A DNA stretch of 64,000 nt from Octopus sinensis. Lineage: Eukaryota. Numbering within the stretch: position 1 is the first letter of the stretch; every line of letters starts with the position of its first letter. A program made the translations under genes and the position numbers. The notes below the pieces were generated by a model. That model saw nothing but the letters and a program-made list of their open reading frames with translations. It ran no database searches and was not told the origin of the DNA. This document shows, in pieces, positions 11,982 through 25,211 of the stretch. Location of the stretch: the NCBI RefSeq assembly GCF_006345805.1, contig NC_043010.1:22382001-22446000 (forward strand), written 5' to 3'.

Positions 11982-12944
11982 TAAACATTGTCTTTAAAAG
12001 ATTATATTATAAAAGACATTTATATGTCAATATCTTGATAACTGTCATTCTGTGATTTTATATTACACATCTCTTTTTGAAAAAGGAAAAGAATTAGTAA
12101 AAGAGATATACTATGAGATAAAGAGAGGGGGGAGAGAGAGAGAGAGAGAGAGAGAGAGTGTGTGTGTGTGTGTGGTGTGTGTGTGTGTGTGTGCGAAGAA
12201 GAGAGTGGGAATGGGACAGAAAAGACAGTAAGGGTAGATAAATCAATTGAGTGAGAACGAAATAGGTAGAGACGGCATCTCTAGAAATGATAAATATATG
12301 TGTAGGAGTGTTTATATATATGCATATATATGCGTATGTACTTATATATATATATATATATGTACGTATGTATGTATGTACGTATGTATGTATATAGCTA
12401 TGTAAGTCTTGTCTTTCATCCTTTCTAGTTTCCACTATTTATGTGAGTCTCTCTCAATCTGTGTGTCTCTCTCTCCCTCTCTCCCTCTTTCTCTCTCTCT
12501 CTCTCTCACTAAATGCATATGTCTCTTGTTAACCCTCTTCTTTCTCTCTCCTTTTCTTTCTGCTTACTTTCTACATCGCTAGAATTAGTTCCCTCCTTTC
12601 TGCTGTTTTTTCTTCTTTTTTACTTTTTCTTTCACTCCTATTTCTACTCTTCCTTTTTTCCTTCCTTGCATCTTTCCTCTAAACCTCATCATCTTTTTCT
12701 TCTCTGTCTCCCATACAAATCCATTCTCCATACTTGTTTACTAGTTTAGTTATATTTTTACTACCAACACCGAAAAATAAAAAGAAGAACAACAATAAAA
12801 ACTAATACAAAAAACAGGTGACTACACCAACTACAAGTTTTATTTCTATCAATTTCTTACGTACACTATTACATTTACCATCATTAACCTTACTTCCAGT
12901 CATCTCTATTAACATTACTATGACTATTATTATTATTATTATTA

Positions 12945-13020
<76 letters not shown>

Positions 13021-13526
13021 TATCCTCGTTGTTATTATTATTGTTTTTTCTGCCATCCCAAAACTCCACGACAGTTAATTTCCTGTCTGTTAGAACTTCC
13101 GTTGTACCCATAGGCCATTAATTCTGCTAGTACTTTGATACCATTTTCAATACGCTTTCCCCCTCCTCTTCCTCCTCCTCTTTGGTTCTCTCTGCTGTTG
13201 TACTTATTTCTATTTATTTAATTTTTCTTTATTTCGTTTTTTTTTGTCTTTATTGTTCTGTTCTTGCTTCAAATACGAAGAAATCGTCGCTCATTAAGTA
13301 TTTCAATTTGACTAAAGCATCAGCGCAACGCAGTGTTTATTTTTCTTATTTATCTGCAGTGTGGCAAAAAGGGGAATAACCATAAAACAAATAAGTGAGT
13401 ATATGTTTAACAATGTATAAAAAAACCTCAGACTCCTGTCGTACGCAGAGTTTATTTACGAATCAGTATTTTGTTTTATTAATATATGGTTCGTTTGATA
13501 CAGAAGATATAAATTTAGATAACACT

Positions 13527-13581
<55 letters not shown>

Positions 13582-13586
13582 GGATG

Positions 13587-13660
<74 letters not shown>

Positions 13661-14052
13661 CATAAAAAAACAGGTGGATAGATAGATGGATAGAGAAACA
13701 GACAGATAGCGAGAGAGAGAGGGAGGGGGAGAGAGACTGACAGACAGATAGATAGATACATAGATAGATAAATAATACATACATACATACATATATAGAC
13801 AGACAGGTGGATATTTAGATGAATGGATAGACAGACAAACCGACAGACAGACAGATAGATAAACAGATAGATATATAGACACAGAGAATTATATATAAAT
13901 AGCATGTATACATGCATATACAATGTATGCTGTAAGTATGTATATATGTACACACAAAAACACACAAATGTGTATATATGTGTGTGTGTGTGTACATACA
14001 TACATGCATACATATACATAGATATATAACTATATATACATACATATATGTA

Positions 14053-14096
<44 letters not shown>

Positions 14097-14294
14097 CCAT
14101 TTCTCGGATCACTGCTCTTTGTTCTTCTTTGGTGCACGTTGCTACTGGAGTGGCCATGCTTACACTGTAAAACCAGAAGCGAAAATGGCACGATCAGGCT
14201 CCAACTGATATGTATATGTATATTCATACATATACACATACATATACATATACATACATACACATATATATATATATATTATCTTTCACACTTT

Positions 14295-14525
14295 TTTAAG
14301 TCATTTGACAGCGACCATAGTAGTTCACCAACCTGAACGGTCTCGTCGAACCAACATAGAGCAAACCCAAAATCATACGCGCTCGCACACACACACATAC
14401 GATGAGTTTCTTTCGGTTTCCGTCTACCAAATTCACTTACAAGACATTGGTCGGCCCAGGGCCATAATAGGGTACACATGCCCAGGGCGTCATAGGGCGA
14501 CTGAACCCAAGATCACATCTTTCGG
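14295..14525 (-). mobile_element. Degenerate SINE family A copy
   Basis: AGTCATTTGAC and TTTCCGTCTACCAAATTCAC motifs are shared with the other family A copies. Confidence 0.6.
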
Positions 14526-14562
14526 GAAAATTTTTTCCATATTCTCACCGCCTATAATCTTT

Positions 14563-14626
<64 letters not shown>

Positions 14627-14679
14627 TGTGTGTGTGTGTGTGTGTTTGTGTGTGTGTGTAAATGTATATGTATGAAACT

Positions 14680-15010
14680 AACAGAACCGTTTCAGGTTAA
14701 GCCAGTTCTTACTCATGGTGCTCTTCTGTTCGCTCTACTTTTCGTGTTGGTAGTTGATTATGTGATCGAGAAAGTTTGCAATACATCGAAAATACGACGC
14801 TGGACGATCCAGACTCTGCGGACAATCTGATGAGGATTAGAATAGAAGAAATTCCTGTAATTTTGCGTTAGTTAATAGAAGACGGAAGCGAAGTTGGCCT
14901 TGCTATTGACTGTTCCTTGTCATACAAGGAGAATATAATTTATGCCAATAGAATCCGATTGCGATATTGATGGAGAAATAGCAAAAGCTACCGAATATTT
15001 TAAGATATAT
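14680..15010 (+). pseudogene. RTE-type RT fragment
   Basis: EPFQVKPVLTHGALLFALLFVLVVDYV...SADNL...GSEVGLAID follows RT domain order but is degenerate. Confidence 0.5.
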
Positions 15011-15214
15011 ATAAAATGGTCACGTGGTGTGTAGTTTGGAAGAAGAATATATAAAGAAGAGCTGGCCATTATCGTGTTAAAATTTGTATTTAAGTTGGTC
15101 TTTCAACATAGACCAAAATAAATATCTATATATACATATTTATATATACATGCACATGCAAAACAAAAAACACACAAACACAAACCCTCATATATGTGTG
15201 TGTATGTGTGTGTA

Positions 15215-15253
<39 letters not shown>

Positions 15254-15415
15254 GGATCTGTGTGTGCGCGTGTGTGTGTAAATAAATATATATGAAGATA
15301 TTGTTTATAATAATATTAGAAGCTTGGCATGCGAGGAAATAGCATAACAGTAAAAAATTATCAATTAAAATTTATGGGTACTAGCAAGCAGTGCCGGCCT
15401 GCAAAATATAGCTGA

Positions 15416-17444
15416 CAAAATGACCCAACCACAAGTTTTCACTTAAACACAATGTGAAGGCAGTCAAATGAATAAGTACCCTAAGAACCCCCATACCAAT
15501 AACGAAAATTGAAAAATTCAGACATACCCGTATCACCATGATCTTGAACTTTGAGAAATACTCTTAAGTTAAGTTAATTTTTGGGCTCAAAAAGCAAAAA
15601 GCAAGGTCAGGGGGACATGGAGTTATGTACAGGGTGGTGTTCATGCAAATAGTTCAGGCCATTTCTGGTCAAGGGAGACTTTGAACCGAGCGGTCGTCGG
15701 CATCTTCACTATCTCGTCCGGCATCTTATTCCACGGATCCGCAACCCGGACGGAGAAAACCCCTCTCCTTCGATTGAGATGAAATCGTCGCAGATAGAGC
15801 TTTTCGGAGTGACCCGCAGCCGACACTCTTTCGAGACCCGCAGCTCTTTCGAGAGGTTACACTTTCCGCTTATGATGTTGTGAGCAAGAATGAGATGACC
15901 ACGGCGTCGTCGTTTTTCTAGAGAATAAAGTTCGAGCGTCTTCAGCCTTTCTTCATAAGACAAATGCTTGAGCCCAAGAACCATGCGGGTAGCCAGCTTC
16001 TGGACTCTTTCAAGATGATGTATGTCTTTGAGGAGATAAGGAGAAGAGGCTTGAATCCCGTACTCCAATATGGGTCTCACCAGCGTGACATAGAGCGGTA
16101 GGAATATGGCTGCTGTGAGCATACCGAATGATCGTCGAATCAAAATCAGAACTCCGTGTGCTTTGTTGGCAGCATGGACCCACTGGGCCGAAGGCGAAAA
16201 GGAAGAATCCACCAAGATACCCAGGTCCTTTACCTAGTTGGTCCTCTCCAGCAGCAGACGACCCGGCTCGAAATCAAGTTGAGTTGCAGGAGAAGAGCCA
16301 ACAGGCAGATGACAGCACTTTGACACGTTCAGACACAGGTCCCATTCATTAGACCATCTCCAAACTTGGTGGAGGCATCGACGAAGATCATCTATATCAC
16401 TGCGAGGAGCGAGCAGTTTGATATCATCGGCAAATAGAAGGGTTTGTTGCGTGAGGTCGTCAGGCAAGTTATTTCTGAAGACTAAAAACAATAAGGGCCC
16501 AAGCACTGAACCTTGAGGTACGCCACTGCTCGCACTGGAGACGTCGGACAGTGAACCATTAACTTGGACTTGGAAGGCGCGATCTGAGAGGAAGGCAGCA
16601 ACCCATCGTACAATATCCGGAGGGAAACTATATGCTTGAAGCTTGACAAGTAATACGCGGTGGTTTATCGAGTCAAAAGCTTTGACAAAGTCCAATAAAA
16701 CGATGTCAACAGCATCACCATCATCGAGGATACGCGTCACCAATTCTTCCATTACCAGTAAGTTGGTCAAGCATGATCTCTTCGGCATGAAGCCGTGTTG
16801 GGAATCAGAGATAGAGGCTGTATTTTGGATGTGGAGCAACATACTTTTCTTAAGGATGGTTTCGAACATCTTGCTGATTATTGAAGTAAGGGAAACCGGT
16901 CGGCAGTTAAGCGGGTCTTCGCGGCTCCCTTTCTTGAAAATTGGGCAGATTATCGCTGTTCTCCAGTTCGCAGGTATAAAACCCGTCGCCAATGACATAT
17001 TGAATAGAAGTGTTAAAGGTTCGCAGATGACCGGAGCCAACGCTTTGATAACCTGTGGGTGTATGCCGTCATGGCCGTGACCCTTGTTGACATCGAGGTC
17101 TTGAATAACGCGATCGACTTCGTCCCGCGTGATGACCAATCTAGGCATTGGAGGTACCGATCTATCAAATGGAGGGGGTTCACGATCATCATCTTGCTTG
17201 AAAATAGTTGAAAAATTCTCGGCAAATAACTGACCCTGTTGATAAGGGTCCTCAATCGATACTCTTAATTCATCTTCAGCGACCCCAGAGCTATAGAGTT
17301 GATTCAGTTCAACCAATGTATGCGATGACCGTTTTTAATGCCGGAGCAAATTGAAAAAGCGTGGTCGAAGGAAATAAAATTCATTTAAATATATATGAGG
17401 ATATTATTTTGTGTTTAAGGGAAAACTGTGGTTTGGTCATTTTG
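15416..17444. mobile_element. Small MITE-like element (about 37-bp inverted ends) split by the CR1 insertion
   Basis: 15416-15452 CAAAATGACCCAACCACAAGTTTTCACTTAAACACAA is an imperfect inverted match to 17409-17444. Confidence 0.5.
15568..17258 (-). mobile_element. 5'-truncated CR1-clade LINE (RT plus C-terminus) with a 10-bp TSD
   Basis: ORF 16234-17316 has QHGF, DFVKAFD, GVPQGSVLGPLLF and LFADDIK. ORF 15709-16215 has LVRPILEYG...LERVQKLATR, followed by FSVRVADPWN. The tail is (TTAAC)n. ATACTCTTAA occurs at 15558-15567 and 17259-17268. Confidence 0.92.
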
Positions 17445-17445
17445 A

Positions 17446-17507
<62 letters not shown>

Positions 17508-17586
17508 ACTGTATTTAGAATGGTCATTTTGCCAGTTTAGCTAATATATATATATATATATATATTATTTTATTTATTTAATCGTT

Positions 17587-17962
17587 TACTTCTTTCAGTC
17601 ATTTGACTGTGGCCATGCTGTAGCACCGCCTTTAGTCGAGCAAATCGACCCAAGGACTTATTCTTTGGAAGCCTAGTACTTATTCTATCGGTCACTTTTA
17701 CCGAACCGCTAAGTTACGGGGACGTAAACACGCCAGCATCGGTTCTCAAGCGATGTTGGGGGGACAAACACAGACACACAAACATACACACACACAGACA
17801 CATACATATATACGACGGGCTTCTTTCAGTTTCTACTGACAAGGATTTGGTCGGCCGGAGGCTATAGTAGAAGACACTTGCCCAAGGTGTCACGCAGTGG
17901 GACTGAACCCGGAACCATGTGGTTGGTAAGCAAGCCACTTACCACATTGACACTCCTACGCA
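17587..17962 (-). mobile_element. tRNA-derived SINE family A, near full length
   Basis: tRNA-like head on the minus strand (CCGGGTTCAGTCCC B box), a central (CA/TA)n tract, and a tail ending GTCAAATGACTGAAAG. More than 10 related copies occur in the window. Confidence 0.9.
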
Positions 17963-18031
17963 CATAGCCATATCCTACTGATATAGTTTTATGTGTGTAC
18001 ACACACACACGCACACACACAACACACACAC

Positions 18032-18089
<58 letters not shown>

Positions 18090-18093
<4 letters not shown>

Positions 18094-19364
18094 AGGTATG
18101 TAGAAAAATACAACATGGACAAGAACGTATAACTCTTAGAAGACGATACAATAAACATGGACAGGACATTCGAACCCCTCAGTCTTCAGTCAAGAACCGG
18201 ATCATCGTAGTAATTTCGGCTGATTAATCTTGAGATTACTAGATCACGGCCAGCCCTCCAAGAAAAACTAAGCAACGAGCATTAGAAAAACTAAGCTGGA
18301 AGCGTAGATTTCCTGGAAGAAGGATCGAATGCATACGAACACCAGGACAGCAAAAGGGACAGATATAAAAAAAACAAAAAACAATAATGGAATACAGAAA
18401 CATGAAATACAGAAGCATTAACGGTGAAAAAAACAAGTGTCTTACGACTGATAACAAGCAAACAAATTTTTTCTCTGGCGCATTGGAAAAAGCCTTTATA
18501 GCGGCGGACGAAAAACAACGATGTTAACACGACGAGGGTCAGGAGCTGAAAGGCAGATTTCGGCCAACAGTCACGTGACAGAGAAGAGGGAAAAGAAAAG
18601 AAAGAGAAGCAAAGGAAGAGAGAGAGAGAGAAAGGGGACAAAACGCAACAAAGAGAGAGAAAGAGAGAGAAAGAAGGAATCAGAGAGGAGAAGGATGGGT
18701 GTCGAAGAATGACCTGTGAGTGCAGAGCGAGACAAAGAAATAGGAGGGTAGTGGAAGACTAGACCAAAGGATCAGAGGAAAGAGAAGATGAATAGAGAGA
18801 AAAGAGAGAAGAGGGGGGGACAGATCAAGTAAAAATGAGAGAGAGAGAGAGACAAACAGAGAGTCGTACCAATTATTAAGAATATGTGTTCACATTAATG
18901 ATAAGGGGGGTACGGGGCGCCTGGAATATTGTTAAGGTATGTAGAAAAATACAACATGGACAAGAACGTATAACTCTTAGAAGACGATACAATAAACATG
19001 GACGGACATTCGAACCCCTCAGTCTTCAGTCAAGAACCGATCATCGTAGTAATTTCGGCTGATTAATCTTGAGATTACTAGATCACGGCCAGCCCTCCAA
19101 GAAAAACTAAGCAACGAGCATTAGAAAAACTAAGCTGGAAGCGTAGATTTCCTGGAAGAAGGATCGAATGCATACGAACACCAGGACAGCAAAAGGGACA
19201 GATATAAAAAAAACAAAAAACAATAATGGAATACAGAAACATGAAGTACAGAAGCATTACGGTGAAAACAACAAGTGTCTTACGACTGATAACAAGCAAA
19301 CAAATTTTTTCTCTGGCGCATTGGAAAAAGCCTTTATAGCGGCGGACGAAAAACAACGATGTTA
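18090..19364 (-). mobile_element. Non-coding element with two ~435-bp direct repeats and a ~400-bp GA-rich core, flanked by (TA)n; retrozyme/TRIM-like
   Basis: 18090-18526 and 18931-19364 differ at about 5 positions. Inner boundaries read TGTTAA (18930) and TTAACA (18529). No canonical PBS or adjacent PPT was seen. Confidence 0.85.
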
Positions 19365-19586
19365 TATATATATATATATACATAATTAATTAATTAATAA
19401 TGACACAAACAGTATTAACACCGAATGGTACGTAATATTTACTTCCGTTTAAAAATGAAAGTTTTGTTAAAATACGAGTACTGCGTTATTTATCATGAGA
19501 GAACCTTTCTATATGGACTTTTGGTGCATATAGGCACTCGTCTTTACATCGCTAGCGGCAGAAAATAATCCGCTAACACTGCCGGA

Positions 19587-19634
<48 letters not shown>

Positions 19635-20750
19635 GTGTGTGGTGGGTGAGCGTCCTTGATAAGAATGTTATTGCTTTGTTAAGATATTTATCAGTGCAGT
19701 AACATATTTGACGCTGGGTTCTTTACTTTTGAAAAATATCTTTCCGTATAATACTATGAGTTAGGGGACAAGATCATGTGACCAGCGAGAGAACAAGAGC
19801 ATTGGTTAATGTGACATCAGTTAATAACTCTATGGGATTATCGTGATGAAAATATTACCGGGCGTATCTACGGATGTGATGGATGTCTTGTTGAAGGAAG
19901 AAGCCGGTTGGACGGCAGGTGGCAGAAAAGTAAGGGGCCATGGGTAAGAAATATGGAGGAGAACGATGCTGCAGAACGTGGATGATGGATATTGTGAAGA
20001 GTAGAAAAGAAAATTAACACAAAATTAGTGTTTGGTGAATATTTGTCGAAATGCTATGCACCTCATAGGTGAGAAACGATTGTGTGTGTGTGTGTGTGGT
20101 GGGAGAGTGGAGAGGTGGAAAGATAGAGAAGGTAGGAGGATGACAAATGACACCACATAGATACACATGGATGACACTGCATAGATACAAGCATGTCGCT
20201 AAGCGAGACGGGTATTTATTACGATATAACACATATATTTGTGAACAATAGCATAGTCAGACATTGGAATGATGAAGTAAAGTCGAACAGATCTGTCTAT
20301 GCTTCACTGCAAGTCAGAGGAAGAAGAGTGGCAGGAAACACTGAGGTACTCAACACTTGAAAAATTGGATTCTATTGTCTGAGATAATTGCAATTTCTGC
20401 TTCCGAAAGATTGTTTCATAAATCTGGCGGTTGAATGCGGAAATCTTCTATCTATATTTAATGTTGTTCATAAGAAAATTTGTGAATGAATATGCAGCTA
20501 TGAAAGTAGTCGACGTTATACAGGAATGACCTTCTATGAAATTTGATGGAGGGTTGTATAAGACAACTTTGAGTCTTGATAGTTTATAGTTTGTCTACGC
20601 TATTGTTGCAGCAACATATTTCTTATTATATAAACTTGTGATGGCTCTTTGATTTGTGCCAACGAGAGAACCTCTAAACAATCACTTGACCGGCTAAAAT
20701 AGCTGCTAAATTTCTCTCAAAATACATACATCAGAAAGATGAACAACTCG

Positions 20751-21346
20751 TGGCAAGCTGGCAGAATCGTTCGCACGCCGGGTGAAATGCTTAGCGGTAT
20801 TTCGTCTGCCGTTACGTTGTCAGTTCAAATTCTGCCGAGGTCGACTTTGCCTTACATCCTTTGTGGGTCGATAAATTAAGTACCAGTTACGCACTGGGGT
20901 CGATGTAATCGACTTAATACCTATGTCTGTCCTTGTTTGTCCCCTCTATGTTTAGCCCCTTGTGGGTAATAAAGAAATAGGTATTTCGTCTGCCGTTACG
21001 TGTGAGTTCAAATTCTGCCGAGGTCGACTTTGCCTTACATCCTTTGTAGGTCGATAAATTAAGTACCAGTTACGCACTGGGGTCGATGTAATCGACTTAA
21101 TACCTATGTCTGTCCTTGTTTGTCCACTCTATGTTTAGCCCCTTGTGGGGAGTAAAGAAATAGGTATTTCGTCTGCTGTTAAGTTCTCAGTTCAAATTCT
21201 GCCGAGGTCAACTTTGCCTTTCATCCTTTCGGGGTCGATAAAATAAGTACCAGTTACTCACTGGGATCGATGTAATCGATTTAATCCCTTTATTCGTCCT
21301 TGTTTGTCCCCTCTATGTTTAACCCCCTTTGGGCAATAAAGAAATA
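20751..21346 (+). mobile_element. SINE family B: one head plus three tandem ~184-bp bodies
   Basis: Units 20796-20979, 20980-21162 and 21163-21346 are joined at AAAGAAATA|GGTATTTCG. Confidence 0.92.
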
Positions 21347-21378
21347 AATATAGTTCTAGTGACATCTTATTTTTAAAA

Positions 21379-21583
21379 ATTTCTTTATTGCCCAAAGGGA
21401 GTTAAACACAGAAGGGTCAAAGGGATTAAGTCGATTACATCGACCTCTGTGCGTAACTGGTACTTATTTAATAGGATGAAAGGATCAAAGGCAAAGTCGA
21501 CCTCGGCGGAATTTGAACTCAGAACGTAGCGGCAGACGAAATACCGCCAGGCATTTCGCCCGGCGTGCTAAAGTTTCTGCCAG
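21379..21583 (-). mobile_element. SINE family B copy, inverted relative to the trimer
   Basis: Reverse complement of head plus body, located 32 bp from the end of the trimer. Confidence 0.88.
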
Positions 21584-21779
21584 TGTGACACCATATGTTT
21601 AAAAAAGAAATGAGAGCGATAAACAGTGTAGGGGCAAGTTTAATCAGCTTTTATTTAGGTTTGTATAATCTGCTCAGATCTTCAACGAGACAACAGCAAT
21701 AACAATGACAACTGCTGATTCTCTGAAATATTCAACGACGGCAAATTTCTTTCCAATTGAATTAAGATTATTGAGGATA

Positions 21780-22490
21780 AGATATAAATGTTTATCTAAA
21801 ACACACTGGGATTCTGTCTAACACTCAATACAGTACCTCTTGCTATAACGGCATCGACCTGTGTCATTTAATTAGACACTTAACCTCAGGAAACCGCCAG
21901 TATCACTTCTGTTTGTATCCCAGTTTATCTGCAACAATTTACGGAGATCTCTAGAAAATATTTCTACATACCTTTCGCTAGATTGTAGGAAATGGTAACA
22001 CCAAGATTGCTAAGCTATTGTTTGGAATCAGCTTGCAGTTCAATATATCATGGAATTCCTAAATTTGATCAATCTATATTTCTCACTCTCCGATGACTGG
22101 TATGTCATTCCTTTAAGCATTTTTGAGATTTCCATTTTGATAGGGTGCCTGCTCAATATAGTTCCTGGTGGACCGGTTTTGTCTGATGAGTCAGTTCTTT
22201 TAAATAATGTGACGTAATGAGCATAATGGTACAGTTAATTTTCTCAAATATGGAAGATTAATGAGGATTAATGAGGAGGCCGGTCGTACTGTGCATTGTT
22301 AATACCCTACATTGTCTGCTGCACGTGAATCTGTCCTTGAGTTTATGCCATACAATTTCTTATGGATTGCTGACTCCATAGATACTTTGGCGTGAAAGTG
22401 AGTAAAGATTCTGTGATATACTTTGAAAAGGTTGCTGAGAATTCCTCTTATGTGTTGGTGATATCTATCGCTAGTTTGGTCAGATAGTGT
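21780..22490. pseudogene. Very decayed CR1-like LINE remnants
   Basis: Only weak similarities (e.g. HKKLYGINSRTDSR on the minus strand), with many stops. Confidence 0.3.
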
Positions 22491-22641
22491 CACTTCAGTT
22501 ACAGCTTCACTTATTCTAAAGGGCGTTCAATACAATCACATAATGTCCAGCCCTGTCTTCAGTGAGAACGCTAAAGTCACACATTGGTCACTAAACTCAT
22601 TTGTGTAAAGGGATTTGTTGAGAGCCGATGATACAGATGAA

Positions 22642-22676
<35 letters not shown>

Positions 22677-24609
22677 GATGGAAGGGGATAAGGAGAAGGA
22701 ATGAGAAGAGGAGAAGGAATGGGAGGTAGAGGAGAAGGAAGGGGAGGTGGAAGGACGAACTGAATGATGATGATGGCGACAATTATGGTGATGATGATAT
22801 TGATGATGATGATGATGATGATGACGACGACGACGATGATGATGAAGGATAATGGGAGACATTCAAAGTATGACTTTTCAGTCTTAAACTACATCGATTA
22901 ATACATTCTCTACGTTTAAGGCAGCAAGGCTATTTTTCAGAGACACTCGGTTGTTATTTCCAGCATTTTGAATAACGGCATAAAGCTTTGTCTGTCTCTA
23001 TCTCTTTCTCTTTCTCTCTCACTCACTCACTCACTCACTCACACGCTCACTCACACATTAACATCTAACAAATATTCAGTACGGTTGGGGGAAACCGACT
23101 GAACTGAACCCTATGTATGACAGGTATTCATTTTATCCAGATTCCAACAAAATGAAAAAATGCCGGTTAAGATAGACGAGACATGTCCAAGACATTGTTT
23201 CACTTGATAGCATTACAGTTAGAATAATTGGGAACAGAAAAGGTGAACGAACGAATCGTTTAGCAAGAAAATGGCTGTATTATCTTTCAGTGTCGGCAGG
23301 GGGAACATCGAAAGTGTTATTTTGAGAAATCCCTACGGTACATCTTGTTCTAATGACATCAACCTCTATCATTTAATTAAACATTCCTCGCTTGAGGAAG
23401 ACACATGGTCATCTCGAAGATTTGTCTCAGCGTTGGAGATAATAGATAATAAGTGGTGTCTCGCGAGACAAAAATATTTTCTTAGTATTTCCAAAAATGA
23501 CTTGTATGTAATTACATAGTAAAACAACGTTTAAGAAAGAGAGGCAGCAGCGAATATTTCAGCGTGTCTCCCGAGATAAGATATGGCACAGAGCTTTAGT
23601 AATTCGCCTGCATGAGTGTATATAATGTATTTGTACGTGGCTGAGTGAGTATCCATGCAACTGTGAGTGCGTTTCTGAGTGTGTATAGCGGTGATGGTGG
23701 AGGACAAAGATTTATGCTGACAATGAAACTAAACAAAGAACAGAATATATGAAAACAAGTTAGTGGGGACAGCAGCATTGCCTGCCCCTAACTTGAGTAA
23801 ATTAACAACATTCTACTTCATAATATCAACTCTAATGGCCGTTTATTGGTTAAGAAAACACATTAGGCTGTTTGAGGGTGCAAAAGGATGTTCGGCAGTT
23901 CTGAAGCGAAGTGAGAAAATACTTTGATGATATTGTATCGTCGTCTAAAAATGTTCGCCCACCTCCAACCATACATTCTCCAGCCCCTCCCCCACTTCTT
24001 CCTCCTTCAGGGACTTCTTACGGGGAAGAAGCCATATCTTTGTTTACAAAAGTACAAAACCATCTTTCAACTTTTGTATTGTCTTCTTCGTTCTTTATTT
24101 CGTTCATTCCTTTATCCTTCCAATCCTTCATTCCACTTTCAATGCAGGAATCTGGAATCGTATTAGCTTCTTGCTAATATAGGCAGATAAACAGATTCCA
24201 AAATGGCGGCAATCTTGCCAGCTTTTGCGTTTTCTTCACTACTCCAGCACGAACGACACACGCATAAATACACACACACACAAATATACGCGCATATACA
24301 TATATGCATAATCACTCAAACACACACAAATACACATATATATGCATGTGTATATACATGCATATATATACACACGCACATATATGTGTATATATATACA
24401 TATATATATATGCATGCTCTCTGTATGTGTGTATGTGTACGTGTGCGCACACAGACGTTTTCTTGGTTAGCTTGCCATTCCGGTTTGATTTCATTATCAT
24501 AAATATATAAATGCATGTACGAATATGTATAATACACACACGCACAACACTTGTCTGTCTACATAGATGTCCATGTAGGTATATGTTTATATATACCTAC
24601 ATATACATG

Positions 24610-24650
<41 letters not shown>

Positions 24651-24724
24651 CACATATGTAAATATATATATATCGTTAGAGAGGGAGAGAGAGAGATTTA
24701 TATATACATACATATAGATGCATA

Positions 24725-24755
<31 letters not shown>

Positions 24756-24804
24756 TATATATATATATATATCTTACACAGAGATATATATTCTTTTCTT
24801 CCTT

Positions 24805-25152
24805 CACATGTTTCAATCATTTTACTGCGGCCATGCAGGGCACCGCCTTTGAATCGACCCCAGGACTTATTCTTTGAAAGTCTAATACTTATTCTATTGG
24901 TAATTTTTTCCGAACCACTAGGTTACGGCGGTTTGGGGGTGACAAACACAGACACACAATCATAGACATATATATATGTGTGTATATACGACGGGCTTCT
25001 TTCAGTTTCCGTCTAACAAATCCACTCACAAGGTTTTGGTCGGCTCGAGGATATAGGAGAAGACACTTGCTCATGATGCCACGCAGTGAGACTGAACCCA
25101 GAACTATGTGGTTGGGAAGCAAGCTACTTACCACACAACCACTCCTGCGCCA
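24805..25152 (-). mobile_element. SINE family A copy
   Basis: Aligns with 17587-17962. Confidence 0.88.
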
Positions 25153-25169
25153 ACACACACACATGAATG

Positions 25170-25211
<42 letters not shown>

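Noticed and set aside
18530-18929. Classical LTR retrotransposon PBS/PPT in the direct-repeat element
   Set aside because: No TGG-initiated PBS follows either inner boundary, and the G-rich tract ends about 12 nt before the repeat, so a canonical TRIM call is not supported.
20796-21346. CRISPR-like or satellite array
   Set aside because: The units are contiguous 184-bp SINE bodies with no unique spacers, in a eukaryotic context.
22183-22220. CTGATGA-GTCA...TGAC-GTAA hammerhead look-alike (also CTGATGAGG near 14828)
   Set aside because: GAAA or stems I and III are missing, and both lie inside decayed LINE sequence.
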